A stretch of DNA of 64,000 nucleotides from Longimicrobiales bacterium (lineage in GTDB: Bacteria; Gemmatimonadota; Gemmatimonadetes; Longimicrobiales; Gaopeijiaceae), in the NCBI GenBank assembly GCA_965202985.1, contig CBDBCF010000001.1:320001-384000 (forward strand), in the 5' to 3' direction. Shown here piece by piece: positions 8,551-18,759 of this stretch. Below the pieces are notes generated by a model. It was not told where the DNA came from, ran no database searches, and worked only from the letters and a program-made list of their open reading frames with translations. Within the stretch, counting starts at the first letter, position 1; every line of letters starts with the position of its first letter. The translations under genes were made by a program, and so were the position numbers.

Positions 8551-11500
8551 GTGTCCTTCGTTCACCTGCACACCCACTCCGAGTACTCGCTGCTGGACGG
8601 GGCCAACCGCCTGTCCGGTCTGATCCGCAGGGCCAAGGAGTTCGAAATGCCGGGGCTGGCCCTGACGGACCACGGCTGCATGTACGGCGCCTGGACGTTC
8701 CAGAAGCTGGCGCAGAAGGAGGGGATCAAGCCGATCGTCGGCATGGAAGCGTACGTGGCGCCCAACGACCGCCGGGAGCGGGCCAAGTCCGGCCAGGGGG
8801 GCAAGTCCGCATACCACCTGGTGCTGCTGGCGCGGGACGCCGAGGGCTACCGGAACCTGGTCAAGCTGTCGTCGATCGGGTACACGGAGGGCTTCTACTA
8901 CCACCCGCGCGTGGACCGCGAGACGCTGGCCCGCCACTCGGAGGGGCTCGTGGTGACCTCCGCGTGCATGGCCGGCGAGCTGGCCCGCCACATGGCCGCC
9001 GGCAACGACGAAGCCGCGCGCGAGACCGCCGAGTGGTACGCCAACGCCTTCCCGGACCGGTACTACTTGGAGGTGCAGGCCCACGGCACGCCGGGCCAGG
9101 CCGAACTCAACCAGCAGGTCTTCGCGCTTGCCGCCGAACTGGGCCTGCCCGTGGTCGCCACCAACGACGCCCACTTCCTGCGCAAGGACCATCACGGCGC
9201 GCACGACATCCTGGTATGCATCGGCACCGCCAAGAACCACGACGACGACAACCGCCTGATCTACGACGACGGCCTCTACTTCAAGAACCCCGAAGAGATG
9301 GCGGCGGCGTTCCCCGACCATCCCGAGGCGATCGAGAACACCTTGAAGATCGCGGACGAGGTGTCGCTCTCGCTGGAGAAGAAGTACCACCTGCCCAGCT
9401 TTCCCTTGCCCGTCGGCTTCGCCGAAGACGACGCCTACCTGGTGCACTTGGCCGAAGAGGGCGCTCGCGAGCGCTACTGCGGCGCGAACGCCGCCGAGGG
9501 GTCGTCGGCTGGGGCCGAAGGCGCGCTGGCCGATGCAGAAGGTGCGACCGCCGATTCGGAGGGCACGCCGGCCGAGCAAGCCCCCGCGCTCCCCCCCGAA
9601 GTCGCCGCCCGCCTCAAGTACGAGCTGGACGTGATCCTGAAGACGGGCTACGCGGGGTACTTTCTCATCACCTGGGACTTCATCCGCTGGGCGCGCGAGA
9701 ACGGCATCCCCGTCGGGCCGGGCCGGGGGTCCGCCGCCGGTTCGCTCGTGTCGTACGCGCTGGGGATCACCAACCTGGACCCGCTGGCCCACGGCCTGCT
9801 CTTCGAGCGCTTCCTGAACCCGGAGCGCATCTCGATGCCGGACATCGACATCGACTTCTGCTACGAGCGCCGGGGCGAAGTGATCGAGTACGTGCGCCGG
9901 AAGTACGGTCGGGACGCGGTGGGCCAGATCGTGACGTTCGGCACCATGAAGAGCCGCGCTGCGATCCGCGACGTGGGGCGCGTGCTGGGCTTCGAGGTCG
10001 CCGAGATGGACCGCGTCGCCAAGATGATCCCCAACCAGCCGGGCAAGGCGTACACGCTTGAAGAGGCCGTCAAGGAGATCCGCGACGTGAAGAGCCTCTA
10101 CGAGTCCGAGGAGCGCTACCGGCAGCTGTTCGACTACTCGATGACGCTGGAGGGGCTGTCGCGTCACGCTTCGGTCCACGCCGCCGGAGTGGTGATCGCG
10201 CCGGGGCCGCTGGACGACTACGTGCCCGTGTGCACCCAGGCCAAGGGCGGACGGAACGGCAGCCCCGCGGCGGGAGAAGCGCCGGGCGCGGACGGGCCGG
10301 ATGTGGTCACGCAGTACGACATGAGCTGCCTGGAAGACGCCGGGATGCTCAAGATGGATTTCTTGGGCCTGAAGACGCTGACCGTGGTTTACGACGCTGT
10401 GCAAGCCGTCAAGGAACGCCTGGGCGAGTTCCGACATCCGGACACGGGCGCGCTCTACCGGTCGGACACCATGGACGATGTGCCCTTGGACGACCCGAAG
10501 GTCTACGAGATGCTGGCCTCGGGCGGCACCTCGGGCGTCTTCCAGTTCGAGTCGAACTTGGCCTTGGACAAGCTTCGGGCCATGCGCTGCGACCGCTTCG
10601 ACGACCTGGTGGCCACGAACGCACTGATCCGGCCCGGACCGCTGGATTCGGGGATGACCGACCGCTACATCCGGCGCAAGCTGGGCGACGAACCCGTCTC
10701 CTACCCCGCCCCCGGACTGGACGACGTGCTGTCGCCCACCTACGGGATCATCGTGTACCAGGAGCAGGTCATGCGCATCGCCAGCGACCTGGCCGGCTAC
10801 TCGCTGGGCGAAGCCGACGTGCTGCGGAAGGCGATGGGCAAGAAGGACAAGAAGCTGATCCAGGCCGAGCTGGACCGCTTCAAGTCGCGTGCGCAGGAGC
10901 GGGGATTGGACGCCGCCACGGCGGGCCGGCTGGCCGGGCAGATCGAGACGTTCGGGCGCTACGGCTTCAACAAGTCGCACTCCGCCGCGTACTCGCTGCT
11001 TTCCTATCAGACGGCGTGGCTCAAGCGCCGCTATCCGGCCGAGTTCATGGCGGCGCTGCTGTCTTCCGTGCTGGACAAGACCGACGACGTGGTCAAGTAC
11101 ATGGGCGAGTGCCGGGAGATGGGCCGCTACGTGCCCGGCCTGGACGACGGCTTGGAGGTGCTGCCGCCGGACATCAACCAGTGCGGCTGGAAGTTCACCG
11201 TGGTCGGCGCCCGAACGATCCGCTTCGGCTTGGGGGCAGTGCGGGGCGTGGGGAGCGCGGCGGTGCAGTCGGTGCTGGAAGCGCGCAAGGAGGGCGGCCC
11301 GTTCGCCAGCCTGTTCGATCTGCTGGAGCGTACCGACGTCCGGGCGCTCAACAAGCGGGCGTGCGAGGCGCTGATCGCGTCGGGGGCGCTGGATTCGCTT
11401 GGGCACAGGGCGCAGCTGGCCGCGGGGCTGGACGCCGCCTTCGCCGAGGCCCAGGCACGCATGGAAGAGGCCGAGGCCGGCCAGGGATCGCTGTTCGGCG

Positions 11501-12219
11501 GGGCGGGCGAAGAGGCGCCCCCGCGGCCCGTGCCCGCGTTGCCTACGGTGCCCGAGTGGGGCGACCGCGAGCGCTTGGCGCGCGAGAAGGAGGCGCTGGG
11601 GTTCTTCATCTCCGGGCACCCGTTGGACCGCTATCGCGCGGTGGTGCGGCTCTTCGACGAAGCCGGCGCGGAAGCCCTCAAGAACCGGCCGGGCCAGACC
11701 GTGGAGCTGGCGTGCGTGGTGACCGCCGTGGCCCGGCAAGTGTCCCGTCGCGACGGCTCCGAGTGGGCCAAGATCACCGTGGAGGGCTACCGCGGCACGG
11801 CCACCGTCCTGGCGTTCCGCGAAGCGTGGCAGTCCCACAGGGACATTCTCGCGCCCGACTCCGTCGTGCTCCTTCGGGGCAAGGTGAGCGACAGGGAACG
11901 CGACGAAGAGGCCCCGCCCGTCTTCCTGGACGGCGCCGAGCCGTTGAAGAACGTGCCCGGCGGCGGACGCTTGGCGTTGCGGATCGCGCTGGAGTGGGAC
12001 GCTGACCTGCCGGAAGAAGCCTTCGCCCAGGCCCGAAGCATCTTGTCCGACAGCGCGGGAAGCGCCCCCGTGGAGGTCGTGGTCGGCAGAGGAAACGGCG
12101 CCGGTGGCGCGCAACCCCGGCTCCGGTCGCGCACGTTGAAGGCGGCGGCGGACCGGGAAACGTTGCGGGCGCTGGAAGCCGTGTTCGGCAAGGGCGCGGT
12201 GGAGGTGGTGCGGGCCTAG
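8551..12219 (+). CDS. dnaE: DNA polymerase III alpha subunit
   Basis: PHP HLHTHSEYSLLDG, GRGSAAGS, catalytic PDIDIDF, YGFNKSHS, C-terminal OB fold. Confidence 0.98.
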   Translation: MSFVHLHTHSEYSLLDGANRLSGLIRRAKEFEMPGLALTDHGCMYGAWTFQKLAQKEGIKPIVGMEAYVAPNDRRERAKSGQGGKSAYHLVLLARDAEGYRNLVKLSSIGYTEGFYYHPRVDRETLARHSEGLVVTSACMAGELARHMAAGNDEAARETAEWYANAFPDRYYLEVQAHGTPGQAELNQQVFALAAELGLPVVATNDAHFLRKDHHGAHDILVCIGTAKNHDDDNRLIYDDGLYFKNPEEMAAAFPDHPEAIENTLKIADEVSLSLEKKYHLPSFPLPVGFAEDDAYLVHLAEEGARERYCGANAAEGSSAGAEGALADAEGATADSEGTPAEQAPALPPEVAARLKYELDVILKTGYAGYFLITWDFIRWARENGIPVGPGRGSAAGSLVSYALGITNLDPLAHGLLFERFLNPERISMPDIDIDFCYERRGEVIEYVRRKYGRDAVGQIVTFGTMKSRAAIRDVGRVLGFEVAEMDRVAKMIPNQPGKAYTLEEAVKEIRDVKSLYESEERYRQLFDYSMTLEGLSRHASVHAAGVVIAPGPLDDYVPVCTQAKGGRNGSPAAGEAPGADGPDVVTQYDMSCLEDAGMLKMDFLGLKTLTVVYDAVQAVKERLGEFRHPDTGALYRSDTMDDVPLDDPKVYEMLASGGTSGVFQFESNLALDKLRAMRCDRFDDLVATNALIRPGPLDSGMTDRYIRRKLGDEPVSYPAPGLDDVLSPTYGIIVYQEQVMRIASDLAGYSLGEADVLRKAMGKKDKKLIQAELDRFKSRAQERGLDAATAGRLAGQIETFGRYGFNKSHSAAYSLLSYQTAWLKRRYPAEFMAALLSSVLDKTDDVVKYMGECREMGRYVPGLDDGLEVLPPDINQCGWKFTVVGARTIRFGLGAVRGVGSAAVQSVLEARKEGGPFASLFDLLERTDVRALNKRACEALIASGALDSLGHRAQLAAGLDAAFAEAQARMEEAEAGQGSLFGGAGEEAPPRPVPALPTVPEWGDRERLAREKEALGFFISGHPLDRYRAVVRLFDEAGAEALKNRPGQTVELACVVTAVARQVSRRDGSEWAKITVEGYRGTATVLAFREAWQSHRDILAPDSVVLLRGKVSDRERDEEAPPVFLDGAEPLKNVPGGGRLALRIALEWDADLPEEAFAQARSILSDSAGSAPVEVVVGRGNGAGGAQPRLRSRTLKAAADRETLRALEAVFGKGAVEVVRA

Positions 12220-12307
12220 CGCCGGCTAGACGGGGATCGCCGGACTGCGACCTTGCGGCGGCGACCCCCGAGATCAGTCCCAACGAGACCAGAAGGAGGA
12301 AGACGAC

Positions 12308-13816
12308 GTGAGAGACGCGATTGTGTTGTCGGCGGCGGTGCTTGCGCTGGCGTCCTGGGTGGGCGCAGGAGCCGACGCACAGGAGGCGCAGGGCCGTTCG
12401 CCCGAGCCCAGCCCGTTCGTCGGGCAGTGGGCGGGGGCCATCGAGGTGCCTGGCGCGGGCGTCACGCTCCGGCTGCGCTTCCACGTGACCGAGGCGGACG
12501 ACGGCGGGCTGGAGGCCGTCATGATCTCCGTGGACCAGGGGAACGCCCGGGTTCCCTTCGAGACGGTGGAGGCGGCGGGCCGGGACTTGACCATGTCCAT
12601 TTCGGCGTTGGCGGTGTCGTTCGAGGGCGTTCTGTCGGAGGACGGCGACACCATCGAAGGCACCTTCACGCAGGCGGGGAACGCGCTGCCGCTGGTGTTG
12701 GAGCGGAGCACGGAGGCCGAAGGCGAAGAGGCGGCCCGGCGGCCCCAGGACCCCGAGGAGCCGCTTCCCTACCACGCGGAAGACGTGTCCTACCCCAACC
12801 CGGACGAAGGCCACGTGCTGGCGGGCACGTTCACCCGGCCGCCCGGCGACGGTCCGTTCCCGGCGGTGCTTCTCGTCTCCGGTTCGGGTCCCCAGGACCG
12901 AGACGAGGCCCTGTTGGGGCACCGGCCCTTTCTGGTGTTGTCGGACCATCTGACGCGCAGCGGCTTGGCGGTGCTGCGCTTCGACGACCGAGGCGTGGGC
13001 GAGTCCGGGGGCGACTTCGCCTCCGCCACGTCCGCCGACTTCGCCTCCGACGCGCTGGCGGGCGTTGCCTACTTGAGGACCCGCGCCGACGTGGACGCCG
13101 GCAGGATCGGCCTAGCGGGCCACTCGGAGGGCGGACTGGTCGCGCCGATGGCGGCCGTCCGGTCGCCCGACGTGGCGTTCATCGTCCTCATGGCCGGGCC
13201 GGGCGTCACCGGAGAGCGCATCCTCTACGCCCAGGGCGCGCTCATCGCTCGGGCGTCCGGCGCGTCCGAAGAAGCCATTGCCAAGAACCTGGAACGACAG
13301 CGCGCGATCTTCGACGTCTTGAAGTCGGAGCCGGACACGGTGGCGGCCGCCCGCCGAATCGAGGCGCTGGTCCTGGCCGGGCTAGAAGAGGCCACCGAAG
13401 AGGAGCGCAACCAGGCCGGAGTCGACAAGGACGCTTCGTTGGAAGAGGTGGCGGCCGCCCAGGCCGCCCAGGTGAATACGCCCTGGTTCCGCTACTTTCT
13501 GGTGCACGACCCGGCCCCGGTGCTGGAGCAGGTCGCCGTGCCCGTGCTGGCCGTCAACGGCGAGAAGGACCTGCAAGTCCCGTACGAAGAGAACCTGCGC
13601 GAGATCGAAGCGGCCCTGAAGCGCGGCGGCAACACGCGCTGGGAGGTTCACGCGCTACCGGACCACAACCACCTCTTCCAGCGCGCCGAAACCGGCGCCC
13701 CCAGCGAGTACCAAGGCATCGACGAAACCTGGTCGGTCGAGTCGATGGAGCTGATCGCCCAGTGGATCTTGAAGACGGTCGCAACCGAACGGCGGGTGCC
13801 GAACAAGGCGAAATAG
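12308..13816 (+). CDS. Exported alpha/beta hydrolase
   Basis: Signal peptide, SGSGPQDRDE, nucleophile GHSEGG, NGEKDLQV, HNHLFQ; GGAGG RBS. Confidence 0.88.
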   Translation: MRDAIVLSAAVLALASWVGAGADAQEAQGRSPEPSPFVGQWAGAIEVPGAGVTLRLRFHVTEADDGGLEAVMISVDQGNARVPFETVEAAGRDLTMSISALAVSFEGVLSEDGDTIEGTFTQAGNALPLVLERSTEAEGEEAARRPQDPEEPLPYHAEDVSYPNPDEGHVLAGTFTRPPGDGPFPAVLLVSGSGPQDRDEALLGHRPFLVLSDHLTRSGLAVLRFDDRGVGESGGDFASATSADFASDALAGVAYLRTRADVDAGRIGLAGHSEGGLVAPMAAVRSPDVAFIVLMAGPGVTGERILYAQGALIARASGASEEAIAKNLERQRAIFDVLKSEPDTVAAARRIEALVLAGLEEATEEERNQAGVDKDASLEEVAAAQAAQVNTPWFRYFLVHDPAPVLEQVAVPVLAVNGEKDLQVPYEENLREIEAALKRGGNTRWEVHALPDHNHLFQRAETGAPSEYQGIDETWSVESMELIAQWILKTVATERRVPNKAK

Positions 13817-13866
13817 TAACCGCGTAGGCCGAACGAGGACCAGATAGGCCACGGGCTTTGTCCCCG

Positions 13867-13894
13867 TTGACAAATTGTGGTACGAATTTGTCAA
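13867..13894. repeat. Perfect 10-bp AT-rich inverted repeat between convergent genes
   Basis: TTGACAAATT-GTGGTACG-AATTTGTCAA read directly. Confidence 0.6.
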
Positions 13895-13902
13895 AGAATC
13901 TG

Positions 13903-15708
13903 TCAACGCGAGTAGCGCACCACCCCGCCTACGATCGTCAAGTCCACTTGTGCGTCCGGCAGCTCCGCGTCGGCAACTTGAAGGATGTCGCGGTCGAGCA
14001 CCACGATGTCGGCCAGCTTGCCGGTCTCGATCGATCCCTTGTGCTCCTCCTCGAAGGCGGCGAAGGCGTTGTTGACGGTGTAGCTGCGAAGCGCCTCCAT
14101 CCGCGTCATGCGTTGCGCGGGGAAGAAGTCGTCTCCGGCGGCCGTCTTGCGCACCACCGACGCGTAGAAGCTGGCCAAGGGATCGATGTCTTCGACCGGC
14201 ACGTCGGTTCCGTTGTTGACGACGACGCCCGCGTCGATGAACGCCCGCCACAGGTAGGCCCCCGACTCGGCGCGCTCGACGCCCAGGCGACGATAGACCC
14301 ACGGCGCGTCCGAAGTGGCGTGCACGCCCTGCATGGAAGCGATCACGCCCAGTTCGGCGAAGCGGGCCACGTCCGACGGATGCACGTGCTGGGCATGCTC
14401 GATCCGCCAGCGCAAGCCGGCGCCCTCCACGCCCGCCGAGTCGAATACGGACTGGTAGATGTCGAGCACTTCCCGGTTGGCGCGATCGCCGATGGCATGC
14501 GTGTTGACCTGGTAGCCGTGCTTGACGGCGACGTGAGCCGTACCCGCAATGTCTTCCACCGTCTCCAGCACAAGGCCGGTGGACGACGGCATGTCTTCGT
14601 AGGGCTCCAGCAGCCAAGCGCCGTGCGAGCCCAACGCGCCGTCGATCTGCCGCTTGATCGATCGCACGGTCAGATAGTCGTCGCCCTCGGAGGGCATGTA
14701 GTACTCCGGCAGGCGGGCGTCCATCTCCTCGTTGGACCGGCCTCTGACCATGACGTAGAGCCGCACCGGCAGGACGCCTTCGGCCTCCAGCTCCTTGAAG
14801 CGGTCGATCGTGGCGAACCCTGCGCCGGCGTCCTGAAACGACGTGACGCCCTTCGACAGCGCCTCTTCCGCGGCCAGCGCCGCCTCTCGCCGAAACGCCG
14901 CGTCGATCTCCTCGGGGGAGCGCCCGGACTGGGCCTCCGCAAAGGCGGCCGCCACGGGTCGCTCGGCCGTCTCGCGAAGAAGTCCGGTCAGGGCGCCCTC
15001 GGCGTCGCGAACCAGCTCGCCTCCGGGGGGCGGCTCGGAGTCGCGGTCGTAGCCGGCAAGCTCCATCGCAAGCGCATTGGCGAAGCCGGCGTGACCCGAC
15101 GCGTGGCCCAAGAGCACCGGGTTGTCGGGGCTGATCGCCGACAGCGAGGCGTGAACCGGCCCGCCTTCGACCATTGGATCGGGCGGGCGATCCCACTTCT
15201 CCTGATGCCAGCCCCGGCCGCGAATCCACTCGCCGGGTTCGGCGCTCGCCACCGCCTCGGCCACCATGGCCACGATCGCGGCCCAGTTGGGCGCGTCGTT
15301 CAAGTCCAGGATCGTCTTGGCGTTGCCCAAGCTCATGTAGTGGCCGTGCCCCTCGATGAAGCCGGGAACGACCAGGCGTCCGTCGAGCTCAATCACCTCC
15401 GTGTCCGGCCCGATCAACGCCGCCACATCCTCGTCGACGCCCACCGCGGCGATCCATGCGCCCCGCACTGCCACCGCTTCGACGACGGCGTTGTCGGCGT
15501 CCACCGTGGCCACGCGCCCGCCGCGCAGGACCAGGTCGGCGGGTTCCGGGTTGTCGCCGGCGTCGGCGCACGCCGCCAATAGCGGAAGGAGCGCCGCGGC
15601 CGCCCCCGCCAACCCGAGCCCGTGCTTGGTCAACGGTTTCGTGCTTGTCCGCTCGACGCGTGCAACTGCGGGTCGCCGCACGTCCACTGTCAGCATTTCC
15701 ATGCCCAC
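13903..15708 (-). CDS. Amidohydrolase 3 (YtcJ-like) lipoprotein
   Basis: PGFIEGHGH, THAIGDRAN, RIEHAQ, GTDVPVE, GSIETGKLADIVVLD; LLAAC lipobox. Confidence 0.9.
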   Translation of the reverse strand: MGMEMLTVDVRRPAVARVERTSTKPLTKHGLGLAGAAAALLPLLAACADAGDNPEPADLVLRGGRVATVDADNAVVEAVAVRGAWIAAVGVDEDVAALIGPDTEVIELDGRLVVPGFIEGHGHYMSLGNAKTILDLNDAPNWAAIVAMVAEAVASAEPGEWIRGRGWHQEKWDRPPDPMVEGGPVHASLSAISPDNPVLLGHASGHAGFANALAMELAGYDRDSEPPPGGELVRDAEGALTGLLRETAERPVAAAFAEAQSGRSPEEIDAAFRREAALAAEEALSKGVTSFQDAGAGFATIDRFKELEAEGVLPVRLYVMVRGRSNEEMDARLPEYYMPSEGDDYLTVRSIKRQIDGALGSHGAWLLEPYEDMPSSTGLVLETVEDIAGTAHVAVKHGYQVNTHAIGDRANREVLDIYQSVFDSAGVEGAGLRWRIEHAQHVHPSDVARFAELGVIASMQGVHATSDAPWVYRRLGVERAESGAYLWRAFIDAGVVVNNGTDVPVEDIDPLASFYASVVRKTAAGDDFFPAQRMTRMEALRSYTVNNAFAAFEEEHKGSIETGKLADIVVLDRDILQVADAELPDAQVDLTIVGGVVRYSR

Positions 15709-15718
15709 TCCATCCCTG

Positions 15719-16027
15719 TCACTCTGTCTGCGCCTGGGCGTCCGGCGCGGCGGCAGTGCGCTCGAGAAGGACGGCGACAGACTCGCTCAGCCCACGGAGC
15801 ACGGCGTCGCGCTGCCGGCCCGCTTCCATGAGTTCGCCGATCCGCCGGTCCAGGCGTTGCTCCACTCGATCGATTCGTTCCTCCACTCGGCTGATCCGCG
15901 CCTCCATCCGCATCTCCAATCTGTCCATCTGCGTGCCAAGCACCGTCCAGAAGACCCAGAAAGCCGCCGCCAGCGCCGTCGCGGTTCCCGCCACCGCCGG
16001 CCACCGTTCCACCAACCACGTTCGCAC
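15719..16027 (-). CDS. Small membrane-anchored coiled-coil protein
   Basis: N-terminal TM helix then heptad repeats (RLEMRMEARISRVEERIDRVEQRLDRRI); GAGGAGG RBS. Confidence 0.6.
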   Translation of the reverse strand: MRTWLVERWPAVAGTATALAAAFWVFWTVLGTQMDRLEMRMEARISRVEERIDRVEQRLDRRIGELMEAGRQRDAVLRGLSESVAVLLERTAAAPDAQAQTE

Positions 16028-16329
16028 TAGTGCCGCCTCCTCTCGCGTGTGTGCTGCTTGCCTGACTTGCCCGGCGATGATCCTCGTCCGGGCCGAGCGT
16101 GCACGTTACATCGGGGAACGGGCGACGTCAAGGAACTCGCCCTGGGCCACTGGAGAGAGCAGCGAGGTACCCAGGTTGCCGACAGCCGGCCCAACGAGCG
16201 CCAGAAACAGCCACCCGACCCGCGCCTCTCGACGGCACGTTGACGGCCGAACGCTCTCAAGCGATACTGAAGGATCGTCCGGCGACCACCCCAGAGTCGC
16301 GAAAGCCGCATGCTCTAACCTTCGGCGTC

Positions 16330-18729
16330 ATGACAACAGCAGAAGAAACGATCACGAAAGCCGAAAAGTTGCTTGCGAAAGGCCACGCAAAGGAGCCCCA
16401 GCAACTCTTGACCGATCTTATTCAGCAGATGAACGCAACCGCCCTCTCTGATTGGCGCGCCGACCTTCTCAAGACGATCGACAAGTTTCAGCCGAAGTAC
16501 CGTCGAAAACTGTTGCAGCTTCTAGATCGCAAGAAGGTCACACCATCCGTTGTCCGCGAGTCCGCCACCGTTGCCTACCAGGCTCCGGTGACCTCAGCAA
16601 CTCCCGGCGACTTGCCCGGCGAAGACGCCTTCCGGCGGGATCTTGCAATACTTTCCGAGCGGCACATATTTCAATGGTCAAGCCACTACGATGCATGCCT
16701 AGCACGACACTTTGATATTTACTTCGCGCATCTGAAACAAACACCACCGGCCAAACACTATGCGGAATCCGCTCGAAGGCTCCTGCGTGAACACGCTCAC
16801 GACATCTTTTCCAAGGGCTATGGGTTTCAAGTAGAGCGCGTGGGGCAACCAACTGCAATGCAGAAATCGATTGGTGGACTCGCGCGATTTCTTGAACTTC
16901 CGCTTGCATACTACTCCGCACGATCATCCGACGCTGTCGATCGCGTCTCGATCCGGGCCCTTCGAGCTCTCTTCTCGTCTTCTCTGCTTGGCATCATGCA
17001 GGGATACGAATCGATCAAATTCGATCTCGGCACAGGCGCTACGGTACTGCCCCGCCACTTCAAGAGACTCGCCTACTATCTCGCGTTCCTGGAGCCCGCC
17101 GTGGCGGCGAAGGTCGTCGACCTCATCACCGAAGACGATGTGGCCGATCGGCTCCGTCGGGCGGTCATTCCTCTGCTCGAATCACTGGACACCCTGATTC
17201 GCAAGGATCACGAGGACTACTATCCGCTTCCCATCTTCGGTCGCTATCTCGATTCGCAGGGTCGGTTCGAGATCGGCGTGCGGGCACCCCAATCCGTGAC
17301 GTCGCGCTATGCGATCGAGGCGCACGCCTACTTGAACTATGAGCATGCTACTCCGTTGGTACTCGACGAAGCGCTGGCAAGTGGCGTCGCGCTTGTCGTG
17401 GCACCCTTGCCGCCCGATGTCGCGGCGCACGTATCGTCAAATCAACGCTTGGCCGATATTGTGGTCAAGACCAGCAGACCGCAAGAAGATGTGATTCAAG
17501 CAGCGGTCCACGCCTGGGATCGGGCGATCTATTCGCTCCGCAGCAAGCGTGCACAGACGACACCGTACAACATTGCAAGAGAGTTTCCTTTACGTGAGCC
17601 GGCCAAGGCCAAATTCTATCATGTCCAGCGCAACAGTGTGCGGGACCTGCTCCGGACGTTCGATCGCAAGAACGGGGTAAGGTTGTGGTGCAGCGTCAGG
17701 CGAAGCGGCAAGACAACCGCGTGCTTCGACTTCGACTTCACTGCTGGCGATTCCGCGATAGTCCCCCAGACATGTGGTACCAAGCCAACTCCAAACGGGC
17801 GGTTGTTCTACGACAGAATATGCGATGCCGTGGCGTTGCAAGCCCCGATCGGCAACGACTTCGTGACCAACCTTGTCCAGGAATGCGCGCCGGTTCCAAT
17901 GGAAGGCGGTCAACGAATCGTCTTTGTCGTCGACGAATACGAGACGTTGTTTGGGTATTTGCAAAGCGCAGCCGACCAGAACAGATTCCTGCGCTACACG
18001 ATCGTTCAACCTCTTCTCAATCAACTTGTGGAATTTGCTCGCGACAATTTGCTGGTGTTTCTGGGCCAACAACCGGACGCCCACTTCATTCTCATGGACC
18101 AGAACCAGCTTGCTCCCTACGTCGAACAGGATCGTTTTCCATTGTTCGGACACGTCGAAGGAACCGGCGCCGGCGAATTTGGACGACTGGTCGGAAAAAT
18201 CCTCTCCGATCGGATCGAAGTAAGTCCAGGTTTTTTGGACGCGCTCTATCGCGAGACTGCTGGCCATCCCTTTCTGACGGCCAACGTGCTGTGTGTGTTT
18301 GTGGACTGGCTGATTGAACAACAGTGGTCGCTTCGGGGATTGCGCCTTCGAGAACGTCATTTGCAATCCTTTCACGAACAGAAACACGGGTTTGAACAAC
18401 TGTCTCTTTACGAAGACTACAGCTTCTTTCGGAAAGCAGCACGACAAGCGATGAGCGAACGGGGTTATCGTTCGAACCGGTGGTTGTACACCGTATATTG
18501 GGTTCTTCGCGAGATTGCCATGTCGAATCGCTCGGAGTTGGCCGTGTCGCGCAACGACTTTGCAGAGGTCTTGGACCGCATCCCAGCCCCTGGGGACTTG
18601 CCGGACGCAAACGAGATTCTCCGCACGGCGTCGCAGGCCAACTTTCTTCGCGTGTCCGACGATCAAGTGAGCGTCAAGATTGGAACGTTGGGCAGGCTGG
18701 CGGCGTCGGTGCGGCCAGCGCAGGCGTGA
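16330..18729 (+). CDS. Large P-loop NTPase (STAND/AAA-like) with uncharacterised ~440-aa N-terminus
   Basis: Walker A variant SVRRSGKTT, Walker B FVVDEYE, TAGHPFL (STAND GxP motif), wHTH-like C-terminus; visibly lower GC than flanks. Confidence 0.75.
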   Translation: MTTAEETITKAEKLLAKGHAKEPQQLLTDLIQQMNATALSDWRADLLKTIDKFQPKYRRKLLQLLDRKKVTPSVVRESATVAYQAPVTSATPGDLPGEDAFRRDLAILSERHIFQWSSHYDACLARHFDIYFAHLKQTPPAKHYAESARRLLREHAHDIFSKGYGFQVERVGQPTAMQKSIGGLARFLELPLAYYSARSSDAVDRVSIRALRALFSSSLLGIMQGYESIKFDLGTGATVLPRHFKRLAYYLAFLEPAVAAKVVDLITEDDVADRLRRAVIPLLESLDTLIRKDHEDYYPLPIFGRYLDSQGRFEIGVRAPQSVTSRYAIEAHAYLNYEHATPLVLDEALASGVALVVAPLPPDVAAHVSSNQRLADIVVKTSRPQEDVIQAAVHAWDRAIYSLRSKRAQTTPYNIAREFPLREPAKAKFYHVQRNSVRDLLRTFDRKNGVRLWCSVRRSGKTTACFDFDFTAGDSAIVPQTCGTKPTPNGRLFYDRICDAVALQAPIGNDFVTNLVQECAPVPMEGGQRIVFVVDEYETLFGYLQSAADQNRFLRYTIVQPLLNQLVEFARDNLLVFLGQQPDAHFILMDQNQLAPYVEQDRFPLFGHVEGTGAGEFGRLVGKILSDRIEVSPGFLDALYRETAGHPFLTANVLCVFVDWLIEQQWSLRGLRLRERHLQSFHEQKHGFEQLSLYEDYSFFRKAARQAMSERGYRSNRWLYTVYWVLREIAMSNRSELAVSRNDFAEVLDRIPAPGDLPDANEILRTASQANFLRVSDDQVSVKIGTLGRLAASVRPAQA

Positions 18730-18759
18730 AACGAAACGGGAAGGAGGGGTAGGCGGACG

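Noticed and set aside
8461..12114. 1217-aa antisense ORF over dnaE and similar long overlapping Arg/Gly/Pro-rich ORFs
   Set aside because: Shadow ORFs expected in high-GC DNA; the motif-bearing frame is clear in each case
8551..12219. Intein in DnaE
   Set aside because: Insertions are short and low-complexity, with no C/S start, HN end or LAGLIDADG motifs
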